Positions 24,466-32,992 of a stretch of 64,000 bases of DNA are shown here, in pieces. The stretch spans positions 1 to 64,000 of the forward strand of contig JBEGVZ010000104.1 of assembly GCA_041178085.1 (NCBI GenBank), read 5' to 3'. The stretch is from Pseudomonadota bacterium. GTDB taxonomy: Bacteria; Bdellovibrionota_B; Oligoflexia; Oligoflexales; RGVZ01. The translations under genes and the position numbers were made by a program. Each line of letters starts with the position of its first letter. Position 1 is the first letter of the stretch. Under the pieces are notes generated by a model. The model saw only the letters and a program-made list of their open reading frames with translations, had not been told where the DNA came from and did not search any database.

Positions 24466-26286
24466 TCAAGGTTTTTCGTACGACCAGCCAAACGACGCGC
24501 CAAGCACCACCAGTGCCCCGGTCACGCTCGTGCCAATTGCCACCGCGGTGCCAAAGCTGGGCAGGAAGAACCCCGTGCCAATCAAGAGAATCCCGAAAGC
24601 CAGCACAATGGGCCAGAATGAGGGGTTCGGCAGGTGAATCTTCGAGATGTCAACCTTGGGCGGAGGCGGCAGCGTCTTGCGCTTGCCATCTTCCGTGTAT
24701 TTCTGATGCCAGAAATCATCGAGGTGCTTGACCGTCGGGATGACGTCGAAATTGTGCTCGGGCGGCGGCGACGGCAATGCCCACTCGAGCGTGCGGCCGT
24801 CCCATGGATCGTTGCCGGCAACCTTGCCCTTCCAGAGGCTCCAGAAGACGTTGACGGCGAACAGGATCGCACCAACTGCAGTCATGTAGGCACCCATCGT
24901 ACAGACCACGTTCCAAAGATTCCAACCCTGGTCAGGAGCGTAGGTGTAAATACGCCTTGGCATGCCCTGCAAACCAAGGAAGTGCATCGGGAAGAACGTC
25001 AGGTTGAAACCGAGCATGTACAGCCAGAACTGGATCTTGCCCAGGGTCTCGTTCATCATCCTGCCAGTGACTTTCGGGAACCAGTAATAAATGCCGCCGA
25101 AAAGTGCCATCACGGCGCCGCCGTAAAGGACGTAGTGGAAGTGGGCGACGACGAAGTAAGTGTCGTGATGCTGGGTGTCGATGGCGGGTGACGAGTGCAT
25201 AATTCCCGACAGGCCGCCGAAAGTGAACATCGCAACGAAGCTGATCGCGTACATTGCCGCAGTGGTGAAGCGGATTTTTCCACCCCAAAGGGTTGAGATC
25301 CAGTTGAAGATTTTCACACCGGTCGGGACGGCGATCAACATGGTCGCTGCCGAGAACAGCGCATTGGCCCAGGGGCCCATGCCGACCGTGAACATGTGGT
25401 GCGCCCACACGGCAAAGCCAAGGAACCCGATCGCGCAGGTGGAGTAAACCATGACCGTGTAACCGAAAAGCGGCTTGCGGCTGAACGTGGACAGGATCTC
25501 AGACACGATCCCCATGCCCGGAAGAATCAGGATGTACACTTCGGGGTGGCCGAATACCCAGAACAAGTGCTCCCACATCAGGACGTAACCACCTGCACCT
25601 GGATCGAAGAAACCCGTCCCAAAGGCACGGTCGAACGACAACATCACACAGGCCACTGTGATCACCGGCAAGGCCAGAATCAGCAACACCTGGGTTGCCA
25701 AGGTCGTCCAAATGAAAATCGGCATCTTGAGCAGCGTCATGCCGGGGGCACGCATGTTGATGATGGTCGTAAAAAAGTTAATGGCCGCAATCAGTGACGC
25801 CAGACCAAGAATCTGAATACCCCAGACCCAGAAGTCTACCGACACGGTCGGGCTGTATTGTTTGAGCGTCAGATTAGCGTAGGCGAACCAGCCAACGTTC
25901 GGCATCTGACCGATCAAGTATGAGAAGTTCAGCAGCAAACCGCCGAACAAGAAAATCCAGAAGCTCAATGCGTTGAGTCGCGGGAAGGCGACGTCGGGAG
26001 CACCGATCATGAGGGGCGTGAAATAGTTAAAAAACGCGGCACTGAGCGGCATGATGAACAAAAAGATCATCGAAGTGCCGTGCATGGTGACCAGGCCATT
26101 GTAGGTTTCCGCGGAGATGATGCCGTTGTTTGGCATCGCCAGCTGCGTGCGCATGAGCAGCGCGTCGATTCCTGCGATCACCAGAAAGGCCAGCGATGAT
26201 ACGGCATAGAGAATGCCGATCCGCTTATGGTCCACCGTGGTGATCCAGCTCCAGATTCCTGTTTTCGGATGTGCGTGTGCAGACAT
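24466..26286 (-). CDS. ctaD: Cytochrome c oxidase subunit I (A1-type)
   Basis: TMHG, AFPRLN, WVFGHPEVY, VWAHHM, VAHFHY, GMPRR. Confidence 0.98.
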   Translation of the reverse strand: MSAHAHPKTGIWSWITTVDHKRIGILYAVSSLAFLVIAGIDALLMRTQLAMPNNGIISAETYNGLVTMHGTSMIFLFIMPLSAAFFNYFTPLMIGAPDVAFPRLNALSFWIFLFGGLLLNFSYLIGQMPNVGWFAYANLTLKQYSPTVSVDFWVWGIQILGLASLIAAINFFTTIINMRAPGMTLLKMPIFIWTTLATQVLLILALPVITVACVMLSFDRAFGTGFFDPGAGGYVLMWEHLFWVFGHPEVYILILPGMGIVSEILSTFSRKPLFGYTVMVYSTCAIGFLGFAVWAHHMFTVGMGPWANALFSAATMLIAVPTGVKIFNWISTLWGGKIRFTTAAMYAISFVAMFTFGGLSGIMHSSPAIDTQHHDTYFVVAHFHYVLYGGAVMALFGGIYYWFPKVTGRMMNETLGKIQFWLYMLGFNLTFFPMHFLGLQGMPRRIYTYAPDQGWNLWNVVCTMGAYMTAVGAILFAVNVFWSLWKGKVAGNDPWDGRTLEWALPSPPPEHNFDVIPTVKHLDDFWHQKYTEDGKRKTLPPPPKVDISKIHLPNPSFWPIVLAFGILLIGTGFFLPSFGTAVAIGTSVTGALVVLGASFGWSYEKP

Positions 26287-26309
26287 GTGTCAACTTCCTT
26301 CGCGAAGCT

Positions 26310-27449
26310 TTAATAGGTCTTGTAAGTCGATTGGCGGAGATACGCAGTCAGCGCCTTGATCTCCGGTTCCGTCAGCCCCAGGTTAGGCATGAGCGACCCG
26401 GGCTTGAGTTCCATCGGGTTGCGCAGCCAAACGGCCAGGTTGTCATCCGTATTCTTGCGTGTACCGGCCGCCAGGTGTGAACGGGATCCAAAGTTGGACA
26501 GGTTCGGACCGATCTTGTCACCCGGGATGCTGGCGCTCGGCGTGCCTTCGATCACGTGGCAGGCGACACAGCGGGCGAACAACTGCTCCCCTTCGCGCTG
26601 TGATGCAGTTTCGACTTTGGGCGCCGTGTTATGCGCCTTCACCCAGCGGTCGAAACCTTCTTTCGTGTGCACCACACCAACATGGCGCATCAGGGCATGG
26701 GAGGAACCACAAAGCTCAGCGCATTGCCCCTGGTAGTAGTCTCCACCAGCGACTTCAGGCTGTACAGCCAACGGAGTCGTGAAAGCAAGGCGGTTGATGT
26801 TGCCGTTGATGGCCGAGGTTTTGCCGCCAAATCGAGGAATCCAGAAGGAATGCGAAACGTCCGCCGAAGTGATCGTCAATTCAACTGGCGTATTCTCAGG
26901 AAGGTGCAGTTCGAAAGCTGTCTTGATGCCGTAGTCGGGGTATTGGAACTCCCACCACCACTGGTGACCTATCACGTGAACCTTGACGGCGTCTTCACGG
27001 ACCGGACGGCCTTCGTGCTTGAAGATGTATTTCCAGGTGGGGACTGCGATGAAGATGAGCAGAACCACCGGGATCACGGTCCACAGGAACTCCAGCGCGA
27101 CGTTACCGTGCAACTGCTTGGGTGGAGTGTCGTCACCCTCTTTCGCCCGGAAGCGATAAAGCGTGTACACGAGAGGGACAGCGACGGCGAAAAAAATCCC
27201 GATCGTGACAACCGTTGTGATCAGATAGACGTGGTTGATGTCACGCGACCATTCAGTCAACCCCGCAATCGTTGACATCGGGCTGTCGAAGCCACCGTCG
27301 ATCTTGTAGGGGGCCTCGTCGAACGATTTTTGCGCCCATGCAGATGCCGACACCAGCCATGCCATCGAGGCAAGCCCGGTGCGTTGCAGCAGACCCATCA
27401 ACCTTGCGACAGATGAACCTGGGATTCCGGTTTTTCTTCTCATTTGCAC
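26310..27449 (-). CDS. ctaC: Cytochrome c oxidase subunit II with fused cytochrome c (caa3-type)
   Basis: GHQWWWEF, DVSHSF, CuA motif CAELCGSSHALM, C-terminal CVACH...KPGSLMP. Confidence 0.96.
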   Translation of the reverse strand: MQMRRKTGIPGSSVARLMGLLQRTGLASMAWLVSASAWAQKSFDEAPYKIDGGFDSPMSTIAGLTEWSRDINHVYLITTVVTIGIFFAVAVPLVYTLYRFRAKEGDDTPPKQLHGNVALEFLWTVIPVVLLIFIAVPTWKYIFKHEGRPVREDAVKVHVIGHQWWWEFQYPDYGIKTAFELHLPENTPVELTITSADVSHSFWIPRFGGKTSAINGNINRLAFTTPLAVQPEVAGGDYYQGQCAELCGSSHALMRHVGVVHTKEGFDRWVKAHNTAPKVETASQREGEQLFARCVACHVIEGTPSASIPGDKIGPNLSNFGSRSHLAAGTRKNTDDNLAVWLRNPMELKPGSLMPNLGLTEPEIKALTAYLRQSTYKTY

Positions 27450-27486
27450 TTCCCTGACTGATTTCGCTTACGCCAACAATTTCGAT

Positions 27487-27927
27487 TCAATCCTGGATTT
27501 TGACTTCCAGGGGAACTTTCACAGATTTTCCAGAGACGACAAAATCAAGGACCCACTTGCCCGGCATATGTAGTTTCACGCCATCCACGGAGAACTGGCC
27601 CGCGGAGTCACTTTTGACCACAGGCTTCGTCACCATACCGTGATTGTGTTCGGGCATGCGTGCGTCAAACGATTCAAGCTTGAACGACGATGGGGCCGGT
27701 TGACCGTCCTTACCAATCAGGCGAACCTTTAGTTTCAGGATCTTGTCGGGGCCGATGCGCGCCGGTTTGCCGCCTTGCTCTGCCGACCAGGCAAGCGATA
27801 CCGGAATCCCGGGGATCTCGTAGGTTTGGGAGTTCGACTTGGCATCGCCTTGCGATCCGCGCGCGATCGCGCTAGATGCAACGAGGAAGAGGACTGCGGA
27901 CAGGAACTTTCCGTTGATTCTCTTCAA
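27487..27927 (-). CDS. YtkA/FixH-like exported metal-binding protein
   Basis: DARMPEHNHGM and LHMPGKW motifs. TTG 27927 gives a signal peptide and has GGAG upstream; start uncertain. Confidence 0.75.
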   Translation of the reverse strand: MKRINGKFLSAVLFLVASSAIARGSQGDAKSNSQTYEIPGIPVSLAWSAEQGGKPARIGPDKILKLKVRLIGKDGQPAPSSFKLESFDARMPEHNHGMVTKPVVKSDSAGQFSVDGVKLHMPGKWVLDFVVSGKSVKVPLEVKIQD

Positions 27928-28060
27928 GGAACGACTTCTCCACAACTGAGCAGAAGCAATATCCACCCACAGGCGGCCAGTGCAAGAGACACATAAGAGT
28001 ACCATGAAAGGGATAAACCCCCGCACGGCTTTTCGCAATAAAAAGTCTTTTGGTGGTGGC

Positions 28061-29494
28061 ATGTTGCGGCCCGTTTTGCGAGTCATTCTCATCACTGGTA
28101 CGGCTGCCGCTTTTTTAATCACCTACATCGGTATCCTGGACCCCCAACCCGCCAGCCGGAAACCCATGAGCGACAGGGATCTGCGCCAGATCGTCGCCGG
28201 CATGGCACTGACCAGTCCACCGCGGCCTCGACCAGGATCCGTCGAGGCGCAGCGCGCCCACATCGGACGACGCCTCTTTTTCGACACCCGTCTGTCCGCC
28301 AACCAGCAGGTCGCCTGCAGCACTTGCCACCAGCCGGACAAATCCTTCACGGACGGACTGCCAGTTGCCAAAGGCATGGGCCTGACGGCGCGAAACGCTC
28401 CGACCATCATCAACACCTTCAAGTCGCCCTGGTTTTTCTGGGATGGCCGTGCAGACTCACTGGAAGCACAAGCCATCGGTCCCCTGGAAAACGCAGAGGA
28501 GCATGGGCTAGACCGTGCAAGCCTTGCCGCAATCTTGCGCCAGAATTACGGCACAGAGTTGCTCGCCTACTTCCCGGCCAGACCTGCCACCGCACGGCCT
28601 GAAACGCGGCAAGATTTGCAAACAGGAAATCTGGACGCATACGTCCTGGCCACCACCGGACCTTACCGCCGGCTGACTGAGATCCTGAAATTTGCCGCCA
28701 ACGTGGGAATCCAGCCGTCCCAGGCCATAGGGCAGATCCTTGCGCCGCAACCAGCGGGTGGCTCCCGCATAGACGACGACCTGACGGTTGCCCGTGCCGC
28801 GCTTGCACTCGCCGCATGGGAGAAATTGCAGGTTGCGAACCAGTCAACTTTCGACCGCTTCGTCAATGGCGTGATCAACACACAGGAAAAAAACCTTGAA
28901 CAGCTGTCCGCGGAAACTGGATTTGGTCCCGATGCGCTGGCCGGACTACGCATTTTTACCGGCAAGGGCAATTGCATCCTTTGCCACCGCGGACCGACAC
29001 TCTCGGATCATGAATTTCACAACATTGGACTGGGTGACACGCCGCGGCAGGAACAGCTGGAAATCAAGGCTTGGGTTGCCGATGTCGCTGGCCGCGCCAA
29101 GGGACTTGACGAAGTCCTGTCGTCACCCTGGAATTGCCGTTCCCCTGCCTGGCGCCAACTAGACAACGCCCGGGAAGCTCAAGTGCGTGCAGACATGCCC
29201 GCATGCCAGGAAATGATTTTTCTTGATCCCGGAAACCTGGAAAACACCGGCGCCTTCAAAACTCCGACATTGCGGAATGTTGCGCTCACAGCGCCCTACT
29301 TTCATGATGGGCGTGCCGCTACCCTTGACGATGTGATCAATCATTACGACCGCCTTGGAGAACCGGCCGTGGTAGGCCACCGCGAGGAAAGCCTGCGACC
29401 ACTTTCCCTGACCGATACGGAGAAGAAGCAACTCAAGGCATTTCTGGAATCGCTGACCTCGCCGGTCGAGGATCTAAGCCAGACAACGCATTGA
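28061..29494 (+). CDS. Diheme cytochrome c peroxidase/MauG superfamily protein
   Basis: GRRLFFDTRLS, CSTCH, RNAPT, FWDGRA, CILCH, FKTPTLRN, PYFHDG. Confidence 0.92.
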   Translation: MLRPVLRVILITGTAAAFLITYIGILDPQPASRKPMSDRDLRQIVAGMALTSPPRPRPGSVEAQRAHIGRRLFFDTRLSANQQVACSTCHQPDKSFTDGLPVAKGMGLTARNAPTIINTFKSPWFFWDGRADSLEAQAIGPLENAEEHGLDRASLAAILRQNYGTELLAYFPARPATARPETRQDLQTGNLDAYVLATTGPYRRLTEILKFAANVGIQPSQAIGQILAPQPAGGSRIDDDLTVARAALALAAWEKLQVANQSTFDRFVNGVINTQEKNLEQLSAETGFGPDALAGLRIFTGKGNCILCHRGPTLSDHEFHNIGLGDTPRQEQLEIKAWVADVAGRAKGLDEVLSSPWNCRSPAWRQLDNAREAQVRADMPACQEMIFLDPGNLENTGAFKTPTLRNVALTAPYFHDGRAATLDDVINHYDRLGEPAVVGHREESLRPLSLTDTEKKQLKAFLESLTSPVEDLSQTTH

Positions 29495-29592
29495 ATATCT
29501 TCCCGGCCGATCCTTTCAATGCCGTGACTGCTATTGCGGAATGGGTTCCTGCCTCCGCTTCTTGCATCTGAACATTCCGGGAGGATCCACTC

Positions 29593-30477
29593 ATGCGGAT
29601 TGTGCTTGGAGTCAGTTCACCAGAAAATCATGTCCACGCAATGCAACTCATCGCGGCCTTGCGATTTCCCAAAACGGAAATTCACGCAGTGCACGCCATC
29701 GACCGGCTCACCGGGCCCGAGTATTTCGGCCTGCAACCCGGATCAGGAGATCTTGCGGCACGCATCGAGCTGATGCAGCAACAAGGTGCCGAAGCACAGC
29801 TCCGTGACGCCGCGGCTGCATTGGAAAACCTTGGCATGCGGGCAATCCGCCGCGAAATCCTTGGAGGCTTCCCGGGGTCTGCGTTATGCCATTACGCCGA
29901 CACCGTCAAAGCGGACTTGATTGCGCTGGGCTGGCAACAACATGGTCCGGTCGAGGGTTTGCTCGCAGGCAGCGTTGCGCGGAGCGTCATGGTCAACGCG
30001 CACCAAAGCGTCTTGATTGCGAAGAGGTCATACGGCCATGGTCCACTGAAATGCGTGCTGGCCACCGACCATTCGGAGTACATGGACAGTCGCGTCGCGC
30101 AGTTCATCTCCATGCATCCCGTTGGCATCAACGAAGTGACTGTGGTCAGCGCATTCCCTCAGCGCGTGGCCAACACGCTGGGATACTTGATGCCCGAAGC
30201 GGCAGGAGATGTCCGTCCGTGGATTGCGCAGAAGTTACAGGAAAAGAACGAGTTGCTGGTCAAACGGCTGCAGGACCTGGGGCCGGTTTCGTGCCAATCC
30301 GTTGTCACCGCGGAACCGGTCCACAAGGCGATTGCGACGGCCATGAAGGACACCAACGCAGACCTGCTGATCATGGGCGCGCACGGGCACGGATTCTATG
30401 CACGCGCGATGTTGGGCAGCATCAGCTACCAACAGGCAATTTACGAACCACATTCCTTGTTGGTGCTGCGGGGATAA
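29593..30477 (+). CDS. Universal stress protein (tandem Usp domains)
   Basis: ADLIALG...GSVARSV and ADLLIMGAHG...LGSIS motifs; GGAGG RBS. Confidence 0.9.
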   Translation: MRIVLGVSSPENHVHAMQLIAALRFPKTEIHAVHAIDRLTGPEYFGLQPGSGDLAARIELMQQQGAEAQLRDAAAALENLGMRAIRREILGGFPGSALCHYADTVKADLIALGWQQHGPVEGLLAGSVARSVMVNAHQSVLIAKRSYGHGPLKCVLATDHSEYMDSRVAQFISMHPVGINEVTVVSAFPQRVANTLGYLMPEAAGDVRPWIAQKLQEKNELLVKRLQDLGPVSCQSVVTAEPVHKAIATAMKDTNADLLIMGAHGHGFYARAMLGSISYQQAIYEPHSLLVLRG

Positions 30478-30509
30478 CTCGGGAAGCCATCGCAAATACA
30501 GACAACAAA

Positions 30510-30540
30510 AAACCAGTGAGCCCCTGAGGGCCACTGGTTT
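30510..30540. terminator. Probable bidirectional intrinsic terminator
   Basis: AAACCAGTG-A-GCCC-CTGA-GGGC-CACTGGTTT between convergent usp and rplX. Confidence 0.7.
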
Positions 30541-30583
30541 CGTTCACTGCCGGGGTCCGACAGAGTTCGATGCAACACAGAAA

Positions 30584-30922
30584 TCAGTTAAGGATCGTGC
30601 CCGAGCCTTTGGCGAAGCGAACTTTTTTGCCGCCTTCAACCTTGTAACCAACACGGGTCGGCTTTTTGGTCTTGGGGTCGACCAAGGCAACCTTGCTGAT
30701 GTGCAGCGGAGCTGCCTTGTCAACGATTCCACCTTCCTGATCGGACACGGATGGCTTCGTGTGACGCTTCACCAGATTGACGCCAGACACGTAAACCGCG
30801 TCATGCTTGCGGTCGATCCGGTCGATCTTGCCTTTCTGACCAGCACAGCGGCCTGAAAGAACCACAACTTCATCGCCTTTCTTCAGGCGGCACTTCACTT
30901 CTTGTTTGGTCACGACGCTCAT
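30584..30922 (-). CDS. rplX: 50S ribosomal protein L24
   Basis: LKKGDEVVVLSG...GQKGKI (KOW), GVNLVKRHTKP, GGIVDKAAPLHISKV, PTRVG, KVRFAKGSG. Confidence 0.95.
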   Translation of the reverse strand: MSVVTKQEVKCRLKKGDEVVVLSGRCAGQKGKIDRIDRKHDAVYVSGVNLVKRHTKPSVSDQEGGIVDKAAPLHISKVALVDPKTKKPTRVGYKVEGGKKVRFAKGSGTILN

Positions 30923-31093
30923 GGGTACTCTTCCGATACGTTCATAAATGGAATCCGGTGTTTATGCCAAACACCGGGTCACGTCAAGCAGGATCCCACG
31001 CAAAAGATGCCGCCGCCCCAATCTTAGGTTACGCCTCCAAGGGACATCTGCTACCATCTGGCAACTGGCCAATTTCTTTGAGGATTGGACAAC

Positions 31094-32992
31094 ATGAAGC
31101 TGCTCATGTCGCGACTCACTGCCCCCGCCCATGCGGTGGTCTGTACCCTGCTCGTTGCCCTGACCTTGCCCGTGCTGGTCACCCTGGAGGCCTCACTGGC
31201 CAAGGCGGCGCCCCCTTCAGCCGGGCTGACCGTCGATCCGCCCGAGGTCGTCCACTGGACGCCAGCCGGAGCAACCCAGGTGGAAAAGGACCTGGTCGAG
31301 GTGGCCTTCCGCCTGTCCACCAGCCGCGGTTTTGCTCTTTACGAAGATCGGATCAAGTTCGCCCCACCGTTTGGATTTGAGGAAGTCGCACGGACCGCAC
31401 CGGTCGGAACCGTCAAACCTGACCCGATCTCCGGTGAACCCGCGAAACTGATCGAAGGTGGAGAGTTTTCCCTGCGATTCCGGGGCCCTGTTGCCACCCT
31501 CGGCGGAAAAGTTCAAACCAGCGTGACCTACACGGCATGCGCCGAAGGCGTATGCCTGTTCCCCTACACTGGCAAATTCGAAATTCCCCTTACCATGCTG
31601 GCGCCCGGTACCGCGGAAGCGGCGATTTTGCCCTCGGGGACGGTTGGTACGCCCGCGGTTGAACCCGCGTTGGAAGCCTCTGGGGAAGTTTCAAAGGAGC
31701 CCGCCGGCAGCGTAGACTTCGAGACGGGCCTTGCGCGCAAACTCAAGTCCGGCACCTTGACCCTGTGGGCGCTGCTGGCAATTGTCTTCATTGGCGGGCT
31801 GTTGACCAACTTGACGCCATGCGTGGCACCGATGATCCCGATCACCATCCGGATCCTGGGCGGGCATGATAGCCATGGCCTGCGCAACTCGTCGCTGTAC
31901 GCGGCTGGTATCCTGGTCACCTACACCATCGCAGGGGTGGCCGCGGGATTAAGTGGCGGTCTGTTTGGCAGCATACTGGCAAATGCCCAGTTCAACCTTT
32001 TCTTCGCTGCAGTCATGGGTATTCTTGGCCTGACCATGCTGGGCTACGGAAACTTCGCGGCGCTGCAGACGCTTGGCACCAGGTTCGGCACAGGAAAACC
32101 GTCTGCCCTGAACATGTTCCTGATGGGGGCCGGCGCCGGGCTGGTGGCATCTCCGTGCACCGGACCGATCCTTGCTGCGTTGCTTGCTTACACGGCAAAA
32201 TCAGGTTCCTTCGCGGAAGCTGTCTCGCTGATTGCCACTTACAGCCTTGGTTTCTCGCTGCCATACGTGGTTCTTGGAAGTGCAGCCGCGCGCGTCACCA
32301 AGGTTCGTGTGAATTACCGGCTGCAATTGGTCACCAAACTTGTCTTCGCTTCCGTCATGTTCGCGCTTGCACTCTACTACCTGCGCGTCCCTGCCTATGG
32401 CCTGCTGCAATCCATCAAACCTTACTTCGACACGCTGACATACATCTTTGCGCCAGTGGGCATCGCAATGGTGCTCGTTTGGATCGCTGTTCCCGCCCTG
32501 CACAACTCCAAGGCGGCCAGCCTGCCACCCGCAGCCGCACTCGCCATCGCCATCTTCTCTGCGAGCCAGCTTTACCTGGCGGGTCCATCCGCTGCAGGGA
32601 GCATCGCGACCCAAGACGCCCTGAAGTGGCACAAGGAAGAGGTTGCAGCCTTTACGGAAGCCAGAATCAGCGGCAAGCCACTCCTTGTCGACGCCTGGGC
32701 TGAGTGGTGCGACGCATGCAAGAAAATGGATGTCACGACTTTTGCTGATCCTGCAGTGATCGCAGAGCTCAAGTCAGGATGGATCCTGCTCAAGCTTGAT
32801 CTGACAGAGGGCAGCGATGCCAATGATGCTCTCCAGGACAAGTATGGCCTGCAAAGCCTGCCGACGCTGACGATGGTCGGACCGGATGGCGACCTTGAGA
32901 AGAAAGAGGCGATATCTGGCTATACGCCGGCGGAAACGCTGCTGGAGCTGACGCGACAATTCAAGAAACAGAGCGCTGGACAGGCACCTTGA
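31094..32992 (+). CDS. dsbD: Thiol:disulfide interchange protein DsbD
   Basis: N-terminal CAEGVC, TM domain LTPCV and ASPCTGP, thioredoxin domain AEWCDACK. Confidence 0.92.
   Translation: MKLLMSRLTAPAHAVVCTLLVALTLPVLVTLEASLAKAAPPSAGLTVDPPEVVHWTPAGATQVEKDLVEVAFRLSTSRGFALYEDRIKFAPPFGFEEVARTAPVGTVKPDPISGEPAKLIEGGEFSLRFRGPVATLGGKVQTSVTYTACAEGVCLFPYTGKFEIPLTMLAPGTAEAAILPSGTVGTPAVEPALEASGEVSKEPAGSVDFETGLARKLKSGTLTLWALLAIVFIGGLLTNLTPCVAPMIPITIRILGGHDSHGLRNSSLYAAGILVTYTIAGVAAGLSGGLFGSILANAQFNLFFAAVMGILGLTMLGYGNFAALQTLGTRFGTGKPSALNMFLMGAGAGLVASPCTGPILAALLAYTAKSGSFAEAVSLIATYSLGFSLPYVVLGSAAARVTKVRVNYRLQLVTKLVFASVMFALALYYLRVPAYGLLQSIKPYFDTLTYIFAPVGIAMVLVWIAVPALHNSKAASLPPAAALAIAIFSASQLYLAGPSAAGSIATQDALKWHKEEVAAFTEARISGKPLLVDAWAEWCDACKKMDVTTFADPAVIAELKSGWILLKLDLTEGSDANDALQDKYGLQSLPTLTMVGPDGDLEKKEAISGYTPAETLLELTRQFKKQSAGQAP

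Noticed and set aside
27928..28122. Head-to-head overlap of the YtkA-like and diheme genes in the ORF track
   Set aside because: Downstream starts (27927 and 28061) give proper signal or anchor sequences and leave a normal divergent promoter gap.
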